A stretch of DNA of 63,265 nt, filler included, from Basidiobolus ranarum (taxonomy: Eukaryota), in assembly GCA_040143965.1 (NCBI GenBank). It is 7 parts of 7 records of this genome, joined end to end, with 100 filler letters (N's around TTAATTAATTAA, not from the genome) between each part and the next. Parts side by side here need not be neighbours in the genome. Positions count along the whole stretch, not along the records: positions 9,077 to 18,045 come from JASJQH010000893.1; positions 18,146 to 27,107 come from JASJQH010000894.1; 5 more parts are not named here. One strand, 5' to 3'. A program made the translations under genes and the position numbers. Shown here piece by piece: positions 12,778 to 24,483 of this stretch; positions within the stretch are counted from its first letter, which is position 1, and the number at the start of each line of letters is the position of its first letter. The notes under the pieces were generated by a model. That model was not told the origin of the DNA. It made no database searches and saw only the letters and a list, made by a program, of their open reading frames with translations.

Positions 12778-13728
12778 GTTGCCAGGCTTCGTCGTTGCTA
12801 GCTCAACCTCGTACATACATTCTTTAATACCCTTATTTGAAGATTCATAGACATTTGTATTGTTTGGTTGGTTTTTTAATTTTGCATTTATTTAAATAAT
12901 ATCAGTTGAGGTGCCCTCTTTACTTGGATTTTATTACTTCGTTTCTTTCCATGTAAAATTTGCAACCATTTTGTGTTTTGTTTCTCGTTTTGTAGGTATG
13001 TAACCCAATCGTACATGTGTCAGCTTTCTCAGTAAACACTTTTTTTTGAGCAATTTCCTTTTTCTACTCGTAAAGTGCACATTCTTTTGTTTTTAGAATT
13101 GATTAATGTCATATAAATTAAAGTGACCAAAAAAATTACATTTATGGCCAACAAACAAACCATAAGTGCCAGCTTAGAGAGACTACAGCAGGCATCCAGC
13201 TAAAACATCGTTTCCTAATATGTACCAGCATTTAGCTACCATTCCTGGTCTCACCAGAATGGACACAACTGGTACAATGTTACTGTAATAAGTGATAAAG
13301 TGATTATACTCAAAGAGGCAAGGAGACGAGGCCCTTTGTTGTGATTCGAATCTCAGTGAGATCTATGTAATCGTCAGGGAATTCGGGTGGAGAGTGGTTC
13401 ATCGTTAAATCTGATCAGCCTGGCCTCAGAGGTTTTGGACTTGACTGCTAGTCAGAGAACTGTTGCAAGATACAGTGGACTCGATCGCTTCCCGAGTTGA
13501 CCTCTTACTAGAACCATCAGCTTCGTAGTTGAATACTGATGGTCACAGTGGGACAAGGTGAAACCGCATGAGATGATGAATACATCCAACACGCCACCGT
13601 AGTATGGATAGTATTGAGCGTTATGCTAATCACCGTCCAATGGTATCTTATTCTTCTGTGTGCTTGACATTTTATTCACGACTGCTAGATATATTAGGTT
13701 ATGCTGCTTCAATTGAGAATTTGGTTTA

Positions 13729-16700
13729 TTATTTGATATTTAATTCCTGCTTCATTTTCTCCAATTTTTCTATCACTATCTTGCGCCGGAGACCCTTGGC
13801 AACTGTTAGCAGAGTATTGATGAGTGATTTTTTTTGGTCTTTGGTAAATCCATCAGATCGTTGAATTGATGTTAATTTACTTAGTACTAAATTCTCATCG
13901 TATCGCTTTGGATCCATTCGAATCTGCTTCATCAAGAATGTTTTTACCTCGGTTGCGCTCTCCTTCTTGACCTTGGTGGGCTTAGTTCCACCGCTACTAG
14001 GTGTCGTGGGTTTGGGTTTTGTGACGGTTTTCGATGGTACTCCTGGTTTGATGGCAGTTGGTTGGGGTGGTGGTGTAGAGACACTTGACATTGGCGTACT
14101 TTGTCTGGAAGAAACAGCCGAGCTTACAGTACCACTGCCTATTTCAAGGTGCACAGCTTCGGCCACCTTGGGTGAAAGATATTTGTGCTCAGTTTCTTTT
14201 CCTTTGGAGTTTACACTTGTGGCAGGCTCATCTCTCTCTGATAATGATGCTATGGAAGATGGTGTATCTGCTGAGGTAGATGTGTCATTAGTAGGGATAT
14301 CGTAATCAGTGGGTTGTAATGTATTCAGTGTTTCTCCGGGCTTAGTGATCAATGGAGGGTCAAGGCGTGGTCGCTTGTTGGATTCAACAACGGTGTTTTC
14401 TTCTATACTACGTTTGAGAGTTGTAGTTGGAATATCTGATGTAACGTCGATTTTCACTAAATCTTCATCAACCGAGTCCAATTGATCATTCGCCATAACG
14501 ATTCCTTCCTCATCTTTGAAGAACTGTTGCTTTAATGTAGCAAGGGTATCGGCCAGAGCGTGACGAGGTACATCAAATGCATTGCGAGGAAGCTTGTTAA
14601 TCATAATACATTAGTAAATATTGACTTGAATGAGAAACGAATACATCCTTCTAATACCTCTGGAGGCTAACAATTGGAATGATCAATTAGAATGTAGATT
14701 AGTATCGTATGCTCGCTTAAAAGTGAATCTTCAAGTAATATTGTTTAAACGTACTCGATTCATACTGGTTTTGGCCTTTTTACTCAGTATCTTGTCAAAT
14801 TCGATTTTACCCTGGTTTAATTCATTTGGATTTAGTGTCTATCAACATGTCGATGAAACAGGGGTGGACTTACAACTGCTTTAAGTCTATGAAGTTGTTT
14901 TTGAATACTAGCACCCAGAGTACCGAAGTCACCAGATACTAAAGCTTGCTGCCCAATCGTCTTGAGATAGCTTTTTAATCCCTGGAGAAGAATTAAGCTG
15001 TTTTAGTAAAATGGGACTAAAAGTAGCGATTAATAGGCAGTGGCAATGTACTTACTGTTCCATAATACAATGGGGTGTAATCCAAGAATTTTGAGAAATC
15101 TTTCATCCAACGTTGGTTAGGTGCACGAGTAGAGAATTGTTGCAATTTTTCTTGAAAAGCGATGAAGGTAAAAATTCAACAGAGGTTACTTCAGAGCAAA
15201 AACTCTAATATTTCTTATGTTGCTTTACCTATCAATGTAAATAGAACTCTATAGTTATAGGGCAGTATATATAGATTAACATTGGTTCCGTTGGAATTGC
15301 TCATCAAGAAACCGAATGGAAAACCATAGCCATCATCACGGAAGCTATTCTGGATATATGTCTAGCAAAAAATAAAGAAGATTCATCATTTGTGCTGTAT
15401 ATGATAACCACGAACGACCATATAGATACCTCCCAACAAACTCCTTTGGGTCGCTTAAGCAGTTCCTTGGTAAAGTTGGAGTGCTCAATCACATACTTAT
15501 CAAAAGGAACCCCAGGCGGAATGATGAGTCGTTCATCCTTCATCTTAATATAAATCGTAGGGTGGGCAACTCGAACAGGCTTTAGTGAACAAGAGATTTG
15601 TTAGTTGCTTTGCCATTGTTGAAGACCCAAATGAGCTGAATGAGTACTTACCAAGCTTTGAATTTTAGAATCATACCAGAAGGACTCCGGTATAGGGAAA
15701 AACCCTGGATGCCGGTTATTGGGATTGACGTATATTAGTTTATGATCAGCACGATGCGGTAGTGTTTCGGAGGCTTCCACTGTATTGAAAGGTTAATTCG
15801 ATGAGAGGAGTAACATAGATAAGATGGACGCTTTGAAATCCTACCGCATAACTCCTCAAAGTTTACTAATACGCCATGTATATGTGTAAGTGGTGGGATC
15901 GTAAGGGGAAGAACAGTATTCGGAGGAGGGGGAATACCCATTAAACTTCCCATGTAAGACTGTAGAAGATGAGTAAACTGAACTTGATAAGTAGTTCCAC
16001 CCATAATCTCACTCAATGGGCAGTTTTGCTCAGCTACCGATTGTGGTGATGTCTGTGAAGAGATTAAAAATGTATACATTCTATGGTCCCATCTATATGG
16101 TTCACAGTACAATTCAGATCCTATGGAATTGAGTCCTTGTTCTTGTAGCTGTATAATCATAGTTCAGATATAAAGATTCGAGTTAAACATAACTGGGACT
16201 AGAAATTGAAGAACCTTGTCCAATGCATTGAAGTTGCGATTACAGCCCCCATCAGTAAACCACAGAAGTAGAACAGATTCAGAAAGCCCAGGATATCGAC
16301 CCTTTATCAGATAAAGTGAGTTGAGCACAGCAATGAGTCATCTCTCACGTATCAAGCGTTAAATACCTGTGATGGTGTATCAAAGCCACAAAACACCCGG
16401 TATATGTTTAGGTACTCGAAAACGGTTTTCAGGACCTCAGCATCATTGTACTTATGGTCTGAATTTACTTGTACATTTCTTAGCTCGTCCAATAGAATCT
16501 GTGCTGAATCTTTGAAATTGCTCTATTTGAAAATAGTACGAGAGCAGTAAATTTTTAACTGGTTAAGTCAACTAACATCCAAGAATAATTTGGAAAGAAA
16601 TCAGCTTCTAACCTTAATAGGATCTACAGGATCGTAAGTCACTAACATGTATTTTTCGTTATTGTCTCCGCCTGTTCTTCTGCGTAATTTAAAGAAATGT

Positions 16701-16804
16701 TCTACACCTGCTTTGGCACACTCTAGATAATTCTCTTCGGTATTTCCTCCTGCTAATGGGCGCGACATTGACGAGGAGGTATCAAGAATGAAAACAATAA
16801 TCAT
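13729..16804 (-). CDS. INTS6: Integrator complex subunit 6 homolog (N-terminal VWA domain), multi-exon; internal exon boundaries not fully resolved
   Basis: The N-terminus MIIVFILDTSSSM...YLECAKAGVEHFFKLR...KYMLVTY and the motifs WFTDGG, EPYRWDHRMY, GFFPIPESFW and PFDKYVIE recall INTS6/DDX26. Assigning ORF 13729-14604 as the last exon is inferred. Confidence 0.82.
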
Positions 16805-17249
16805 CTTAAAGGAGGCTGAGAGAAACTCTAACTGCTAAGAAGTATATACAAATCAGGGAGACACAGTCAAATTTATCAATGTTGATTATCAAGTGCTAAG
16901 TCTCTAATCTAAGTTTCCCGTCTACTTTTCTTTTCAATACAGTTGGCAAGATAATCAGCACCCAACAGCTTTTTGCTATATAGTTTCACCTGGTAAAGTC
17001 CAATTCCGTTAACTGACTATATCACTTGGTGAAAAAAAGATTATATCAGATGTAGTGTAATTCAAGTTGGAAGTGAACGTGATGATCATATCCGAATTTT
17101 GGATCTATACTCAGGAGATACTGTATCAACATACTCTTCCATAATATAGTATTCCGTAATATATACTTACGTTGGTTCCGTAGGCATCTGTAATAATGAG
17201 TTAAAAGCACCACCGCCTCCTGAGTTACGTTATACTTCTACTTACTAAC

Positions 17250-18045
17250 ATGAAACTTACATTAACAACCGAGCAAGGAGACCTCCACAACTTGGAGGTG
17301 GATCCCTCAATGGAATTGGAAAATTTATTGGCTTTGATTGAGGCTGAAGTAGTATTTTCAACATATTTACATTTCATATTTGTTTTACCTATACTAAAGA
17401 CAACTTTGAAATCAGACAGGAACTGCTCCAGATAGTCAGCAACTTTACCATAATGGAAAAATTCTATCAGATAAACAAAAGTCACTCAAGGAACTCGGTG
17501 TCAATAACGATGATATCATATTGGTACGCATTGATTCGTCCAAAGTTGCCGTAGGTAGCTCACAAGCCGGTTCCGCACAAGAAAATGAATATGAACAAAG
17601 AAGACAACACATTATCAATGATACCCGACTACTCCAACAATTAGCTCAGGTGAATTTTTTTGTAAACTCTCAGAACGCATTTCTTTGTATCTTATCTTCA
17701 TTTACCAGAGTCATCCACAATTGGCACAAGCTGCGCTAAGTGATCCTTCGGGCTTTGCAAACATAATGCGGAACTTAGAAACTCAAAGGAAACAAGCTGA
17801 GCAATCAAGAATTTCCGAAATGGTAAGCTCCAAAATAGAAAACCTCCATTGAATTCTCTTATATATGCTAAAATTGTTAATAGGCGGCTCTTGAAGCCAA
17901 TCCATTCGATATTGACGCTCAACGTAAAATAGAGGAAGCAATCCGAATGGAAAATGTTATGTCTAATATGGAGGCAGCTTTGGAATTCAACCCTGAGTCA
18001 TTTGGGAGAGTTACCATGCTCTATATTAATGTCGAAGTGAATGGA
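17250..18045 (+). CDS. DDI1: DNA damage-inducible protein 1 (UBL + retroviral-like aspartic protease), 3' truncated by contig end
   Basis: UBL-like N-terminus ([13 protein letters not shown]) and, after introns, [53 protein letters not shown]. Confidence 0.95.
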
Positions 18046-18145
18046 NNNNNNNNNNNNNNNNNNNNNNNNNNNNNNNNNNNNNNNNNNNNTTAATTAATTA
18101 ANNNNNNNNNNNNNNNNNNNNNNNNNNNNNNNNNNNNNNNNNNNN
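18046..18145. other. Artificial contig spacer
   Basis: N44-TTAATTAATTAA-N44. Confidence 0.99.
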
Positions 18146-18254
18146 AAGTAAATTCCTTATGAGAATAATTGATAATATCTTAGTGAATTATAAGATAACT
18201 AAGTACTAAGCTATATATGACTATATAGGTGTTTAGGCAATGCTAATTTCAACA
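18146..18254 (-). mobile_element. 5' part of a copia-family LTR, cut by contig edge
   Basis: The reverse complement begins TGTTGAAATTAGCATTGCCTAAACACCTATATAGTCATATATAGCTTAGTACTTAG, nearly identical to the LTR start at 35378. Confidence 0.88.
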
Positions 18255-19336
18255 ATTAATTACTCTATTGATGATTTGTAATAAGCATCAATGCCTATGG
18301 ATGCGCACAACAGATAGGAAAAATTCATATGTATATTCTATTGTATAATGTTGTTGAATGGTGTGCATGGAATTTTTACTGGTATTGACATCTTTTATAC
18401 CCAGCTATTTTGTGTATCCCATCTAAGTAAGTTAACTTTTGTTAGTTGAATATTAAATGTAAATATTTGAAAGATATGCATACACCCTGTATAAACACGG
18501 TGGGACCAGAAATTCTGGCAAGCTGAAGATAAATTTGATATTCGGTCTACTGCTCAATTCAAGATAGACTTGAAAATGGTAGTCTTATGAATGCGCGACC
18601 AAAAACAGCTCTCTTGTCAATAAGTATTTTGGGGATAGAAATCAGTACCCATATTATAAAATATGAAAATTGGCCTATTGTGAATCAGTCGGCGAGCCAC
18701 GGTCAATGCACTTTGGTGATGAACATATCCCAATATGGAAGACCATAAGTAAAATCCAGAAATCCCTGCCCTCGGCACATGTGAAATCCATTTTATTGAT
18801 TTAGTCAAAGCAGCATGTGACTGTTGAGGATCTTAAAATAATAGGATTTTGTTTGCATGGCAGGTTGGCTTATGCGCACAACTAGCCTTATGTGCACTTG
18901 AACTGATCTCCGACTTAAAATTGAGACAATGAGATTGGATAATTGGATTGCAGTTTAGGTACGTTGTTACTAGCTATTATAACTTGGTCCCTTGACTGCA
19001 GTGCATGTCTTTTTTCTTTTAAAGTATAGCAACTCCGATAACACTCCTCAGCATGAAATCACTACGGCTTGAGAGCTGTTTATCGTTCTGTGGATGAGTG
19101 AGCTCTTCAAATATAAATACCTCCCGTGGACAGGCTCTTTCCATATAGCACCATCTCTACTGCTCATACTGGATCATCTACAGTAGTCTGAGACTGTGTA
19201 GCTATCACTAATATTGCATTTAGAGAGAATCATCACAGCTACTCGACAACTAAACAAACAGAAGGGCTGATAGAATATCTAAATTGCTCTAGTAACATTT
19301 CAACGCTAACCATTACAGTGATAAGTTGCTACTGCC

Positions 19337-21153
19337 ATGACCTGTCTTGACTCCCTTAGCTTGCAGGATAGGGAATACTTGGCGAAATATAACTTGGAGC
19401 CTTTATTCGACGTTAGTACCATACATTCCCCCCTTTTGTGCGTCATACTCTGTGTGCAGTAATCAGGCTATCTCTGACAATAGAAAGTATGAGCGTCGTA
19501 CTGGCTTTGATTGCTAACCTTATAATACATACGTTATACCTAGCAAATGATGATTGCTCTACTATTACATAAACCACTGAAGCCGCTTCAATTTATGGTT
19601 GACTCTTTAACCAGATTTCAGGCCAGAATTGACTCCAACTTCCTTGACCTTTCGGTAATGTCCCCTCTCTTTTCTCATATGAAAGATAGTTTATGGTTTA
19701 CTAAGAGTCAAACAGGAAAATTTCTTCGAATTCGCTCAACAAATTAGCACAAAGAATCCTCATAGCGACCAGCATAATCCAGGTAATAGTTCACTTAGCA
19801 TTCGATACACCTCAGAAACTGACTTCAACCTTGAATATACACAAGATAAAGTAAACCATAGTAATCCCGTTGAAACAAAACGAAAAATAGATGAGTAAGT
19901 CCCGTGGAAACTTCTGTAACTAAAAATTCCAAGGAAAGAAGTATTGATTTCCTGTTCACTGAATTTCGTTAGCCTGGAAGAGAAGAGTTCGGAAAATGAA
20001 CACTTTCCAAGTCTTCATAAGAAGCTATCAGCTCGATTTCACCGCACCCAAATAACAACAAATACTCCATACAACCGAGGTCGGCGTGGCTCCGTAAGTG
20101 CTGAATCGATGAAACCAAGTGAAGAAGATTATGCTAGAGTGGTAATCCCAAAAAGCAACCGAGCAAAAATAAGAATTGCTTCTGCCACCTCTTCCAACTT
20201 GCTTTTTAAAAATTTGAAAAAAGACCAAATGCAAGAGATTGCAAGTATCGAGATAATTTAATGTTGTGCTACTAGGTTATCAAATGCTTATCTATATCTG
20301 CCAACCACGTTTGTAGGTTGACGCTATGTTCGAACGGAGAGTCTCGGCCGGGGAGGATATCATCAAGCAGGGTGACGAGGGAGACAACTTCTATGTGGTC
20401 GATGAAGGATTGTTCAATATTGTTGTTAACGGACAGGGCGTGATTCAAATCAGTCAGGGAGGCAGTTTTGGTGAACTTGCCCTTATGTATAATGTAAGAT
20501 ATGCAATTGAGAATCATGATTACTCTCGGTTCGCTACAATAATGGCTTTTCTAGACTCCCAGAGCCGCCACTGTTAGAGCAATTACAGACGGAGTGTTGT
20601 GGGCCGTGGATAGGGTTACTTTCAGAAGAAGTATCACAAACAACACCTTCCGTAAACGTAGAATGCACGAATCATTTCTTAGATCAGTTCCCATTTTGCG
20701 ATCGCTCGAGCCTTCTGAGATTGCGAAGATGTCAGATGCTCTAGAACCCGTTGAGTATGAAGATGGCGACGTTATAATAAAACAAGGTTCACAGGGGGAC
20801 TACTTTTATATTATCGAATCAGGCACCGCATTGGTTAGTCAGTTGGATGAAGCAGGAAATGAGCACCCACTTCCTAGATTAAGGGATGGCGATTATTTCG
20901 GAGGTATCTGGCCGATATTTAAGGCATCTGTAGAGATTTATTAACATAATATTTTATCCTAGAACTTGCTTTTCTAAACGATGCTCCAAGGGTTGCTACC
21001 GTTACAGCTAAAGGTAGTTTTAAAGCAGCGGCTTTGTCTAAAGATGCATTTGTGAGACTACTTGGACCTATAGTAGATATCTTGAAGCGCAATACTGCTG
21101 AATATAAGCGAATTAATCAACGCTCTTCTCTTCCTTCTGTTGAAGGTGAATAG
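19337..21153 (+). CDS. pkaR: cAMP-dependent protein kinase regulatory subunit (PKA-R), multi-exon
   Basis: Inhibitor site RRGSVSAES and two phosphate-binding cassettes after splicing ([16 protein letters not shown] and [16 protein letters not shown]). There is a putative N-terminal dimerisation/docking helix pair ([34 protein letters not shown]). The start codon is inferred. Confidence 0.93.
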
Positions 21154-21402
21154 CGAATCGAAAGTCTGTTTGTTGGCTAATTTTAACAACCCCCCCATAG
21201 TTCAAATAGCATCCAAGGCTCGATAAAGCTTATCAACAGAGATTATTGAAACGAGATATACAGGGAAACACCAAAAATTTGCCAATCGGCACAAATGCTT
21301 TCTTTATACTCTTCATACTGTGTAGAATATCATTGGAAAACATCATAATAAAGACTATTAATTTACATAGTTGATCAAAATATACAGAATAGAGAATGGC
21401 GG

Positions 21403-22852
21403 CTATTGGGTAGTAGTACTGACATGCAATCGCTCGAATGCAGCTGAAACTTCGTCTTCAGCTAGAATTACATGTCTTTTTTCTCCACCATGTAATATTT
21501 TGACTTTACTTTTTAATTGTTTGCATAGACAATCTACACTTAGATGAGAAAACTCGGATTGATTTGAGAATTTCTCCCACACGTCCCTTGCGCTGAGATA
21601 TTTGCGACGAGATGTTGAATCCATAGGAGCCCCATCTAATTGAACCGCGCTCTCTTCAAGCTCAAGTACCAACCGATCGGTAGAGACTGTTGTAGGAGGA
21701 ACCCCAATAGCTACGCAAGTCAATGATTCACACAGTGCTGCTTCATCTTGACTCTTAGGAATACAGGGCGTCTCATAGTTGCATCCACGTACAACCTCAC
21801 TGACCTCTTGAAAGCCGTTCGTCAAAGTCTCCACTGGCTTTTCACAACAATGGAGTGGTTCTTGGGCCTGGATTGTTGCTGGAGGCTTTACTGGATTCAA
21901 TATACTAGAGTGTGAGCTAGTTGTAGCATCAAGGGGGTAGAGTTGTTGCTCGAGTTCAGTTTCCAAGTATTCTCTTGCTTCTGGTATTTCAATTGGCATT
22001 AATGTGAAATCAGACAAAGGTGAACTTAATAGATCGAACCCGGGGCTATTTGATCTATCAGACCCTAGGATGCTCACTTGAGATGTATCATCCCCGATTA
22101 AACTCAAAGGTTCATAAGGCTCCGCAATCGAGAAACCTTCGTACTGAGGAACGCTCATTCCAGGCATAGGCATCATTACTTCCCTTTGACCGGAAATAGT
22201 TGGACCGTTCAATGCTGGATGCGGTATAAAGCCATAGTTGATTTGTGTGTTGTTGAAAGCCTCTAGAGAGTTGGCGGTGGTTGATACAGAAAAACCGTTA
22301 TTTGAGTGGAAATCATAGTCTCTCTCTGCGACAAAAGTTGAATCGAGAACGGGTTCTATATTCTTTAACGCTTGGTTTTCTGCTTCCAGTTGTGCTAGAC
22401 GTTCCTTGAGTTCAAGAAGCTCCTTTTGCAACGAAGATATCGTATTATCGTGAGACACCTCGCAAGTTTTAACTTTATTTTCTAGCTCTTCAAGATAATA
22501 TTTTTTACGTTCACGAAATGCACGTTGTGCTGTTAGGATTTGTGCTTTCCGTTTCTGTTAGAGTTGCTATTAGCATGATTCCTGCAGAAGAACTTTAAGT
22601 AAAGTACTCACGCTATCAGGAATGCTGGTGAGGGGTTTACGTCCAGGCTTTTTATGGTATGTTTTGTCGGTTTGCTGAACCACTTCTATCGCATAGCTGT
22701 TAGTGAGGGAAAGAAGCTAATTTATCAGATAGATCTAACTCACTAGGATTCTCGGAGAATTGAAACTCTGGATCTTTACTAGGATCTAGTAAGCCATAAG
22801 CAAACTTTCCATGGTGAATTTCTGGAGTTTTGTTTCCTTCACAGGAAGACAT
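21403..22852 (-). CDS. Yap/AP-1-like bZIP transcription factor with divergent basic region and degenerate C-terminal cysteine-rich domain; two introns
   Basis: The spliced product reads KKPGRKPLTSIPDS|KRKAQILTAQRAFRERKKYYLEELENKV followed by a leucine zipper. The C-terminus VWEKFSNQSEFSHLSVDCLCKQLKSKVK resembles the Yap1/Pap1 c-CRD. Confidence 0.88.
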
Positions 22853-24483
22853 ATCTTACTATGGGGTAGTACAGGAGGAAAGCAATTCTAAAAGGATATA
22901 CCGGTTTATAGAAGTAACAGGAATAGGGGTTTGATATTGAAGAACGGACTTTTTTTGCTGTTAAAAATCTTGCAAAAAAGGCGATTTCTATTTGTTTGGA
23001 GTATGTTTATATCAATTTCCATTCATAGATAAGTCCCTTGGTCGCCATAGGACAAGTAGATATGTCTAGAACCATTTTGGATTCTGACCTCCCTCCAGTT
23101 CTTGTAGCAAGGGGATTGGTTGAGGGAGAACCTGGCTAAAGCGTACTATAGGTTACCAATTGAGACAATGATCTCAAAGGTCACCGCCTGTCAGGTTTTA
23201 TCTGCATCTCTTTTGTGTGTGTTCACCGTAATTCATACATAAATTCTTGCGGGTTTCACAAGGTACCAGTCAATCCCTGGAGATTAATAGCAGTGATTTG
23301 CTCTGGTATGCCTACGTGACGAATTCATTACAAGTATCCTGTGAGTCAAGAACATAGTTATGCTGTGTGTCTGGAGGCAATAGAAGTGCAATGCGTGTTT
23401 CTGCTCTGCCGCGAAGACTCTCAGCACTGTTGAGAACGATTTGTTGTACAGAATGTGAACCACGTAGGTTTTAAAGGTTTCACTATGATCAGCATTAATA
23501 AATTGTACCAACCCAGTATTTATTATTGGAGACTGTTAGACGATCACACAGTAACGAAAGCTTGGTAATAGCGATAGCAATTGGGAAACCTACAATCAGA
23601 ATAATGAGGCTAGAGCTGTAAAATTGATTCCGGTCATTAATTTAACTTGTCACAGTGACTGCGCCATATTCCAATTACTCTGAATAACCCCCTAAATGCA
23701 TACAAAGCATACACACGCTCCCATTCTCATTCTCACCCATCTTTTCTTCGCACTACATACTTCGATGTATATGCATTTTGAATCTGATATACGACAATAT
23801 GAGCACGATGCTCGAGATCTGATCTCCAAACAAACACTGAAAAAGCCATTACTTGACTGGCATTCATAAGCCTCCGCTTTGGATACGTTTTATATCCGTG
23901 CTTGAATGCCTTACATACCAATATGGGAAAAGCACCTAGCATCTACATTGGCCAAACCCAATCTTATTGTATTTAATTTGCTAAAGCTCTGCCATTCGTT
24001 CAAGAAATCTATATCGGATCCTTCACTCTTGATTGGCTAACCTGGGATCTTGAATAAAATCAGAATTACTGCGATGCTGTCATTATGAAGAATGCTACTG
24101 AAATGCGTTTCCTGCATGCAATCTTCGCAAGGCCAATCTTGACTAACTAATCGTTGTAATATTTATGGTGGTTTCAATTTGGAAGGGGCAGTGCTGCTAT
24201 ATATACAGCTGATATCGTGTGGAACCCATGAGCATTATCTCAATTAACAAGTCTTTATCTAATTGCTTCGTAATCTCTGGGGTTTTGGGATAATTTAACT
24301 TGTTTGAATACATTCCCACAAAGTAATGCTTATTACCAAATTAGCTATCTTCTGATACGTTTCTTTTCTTTAAAGCAACCACATCGTGCGTGTATCTCTT
24401 GGCTCTATTTTGTGGGGTTTCTTTGTACTGAGTGATTTCTCTTACTTTCTTCGTTGGTGTTTCGGAAAAAACTACGTTGTAGG

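Noticed and set aside
24205-24400. ATCGTG-containing motifs upstream of HMG-CoA reductase as sterol regulatory elements
   Set aside because: Only partial resemblance to SREBP/Upc2 sites; not supportable without conservation data.
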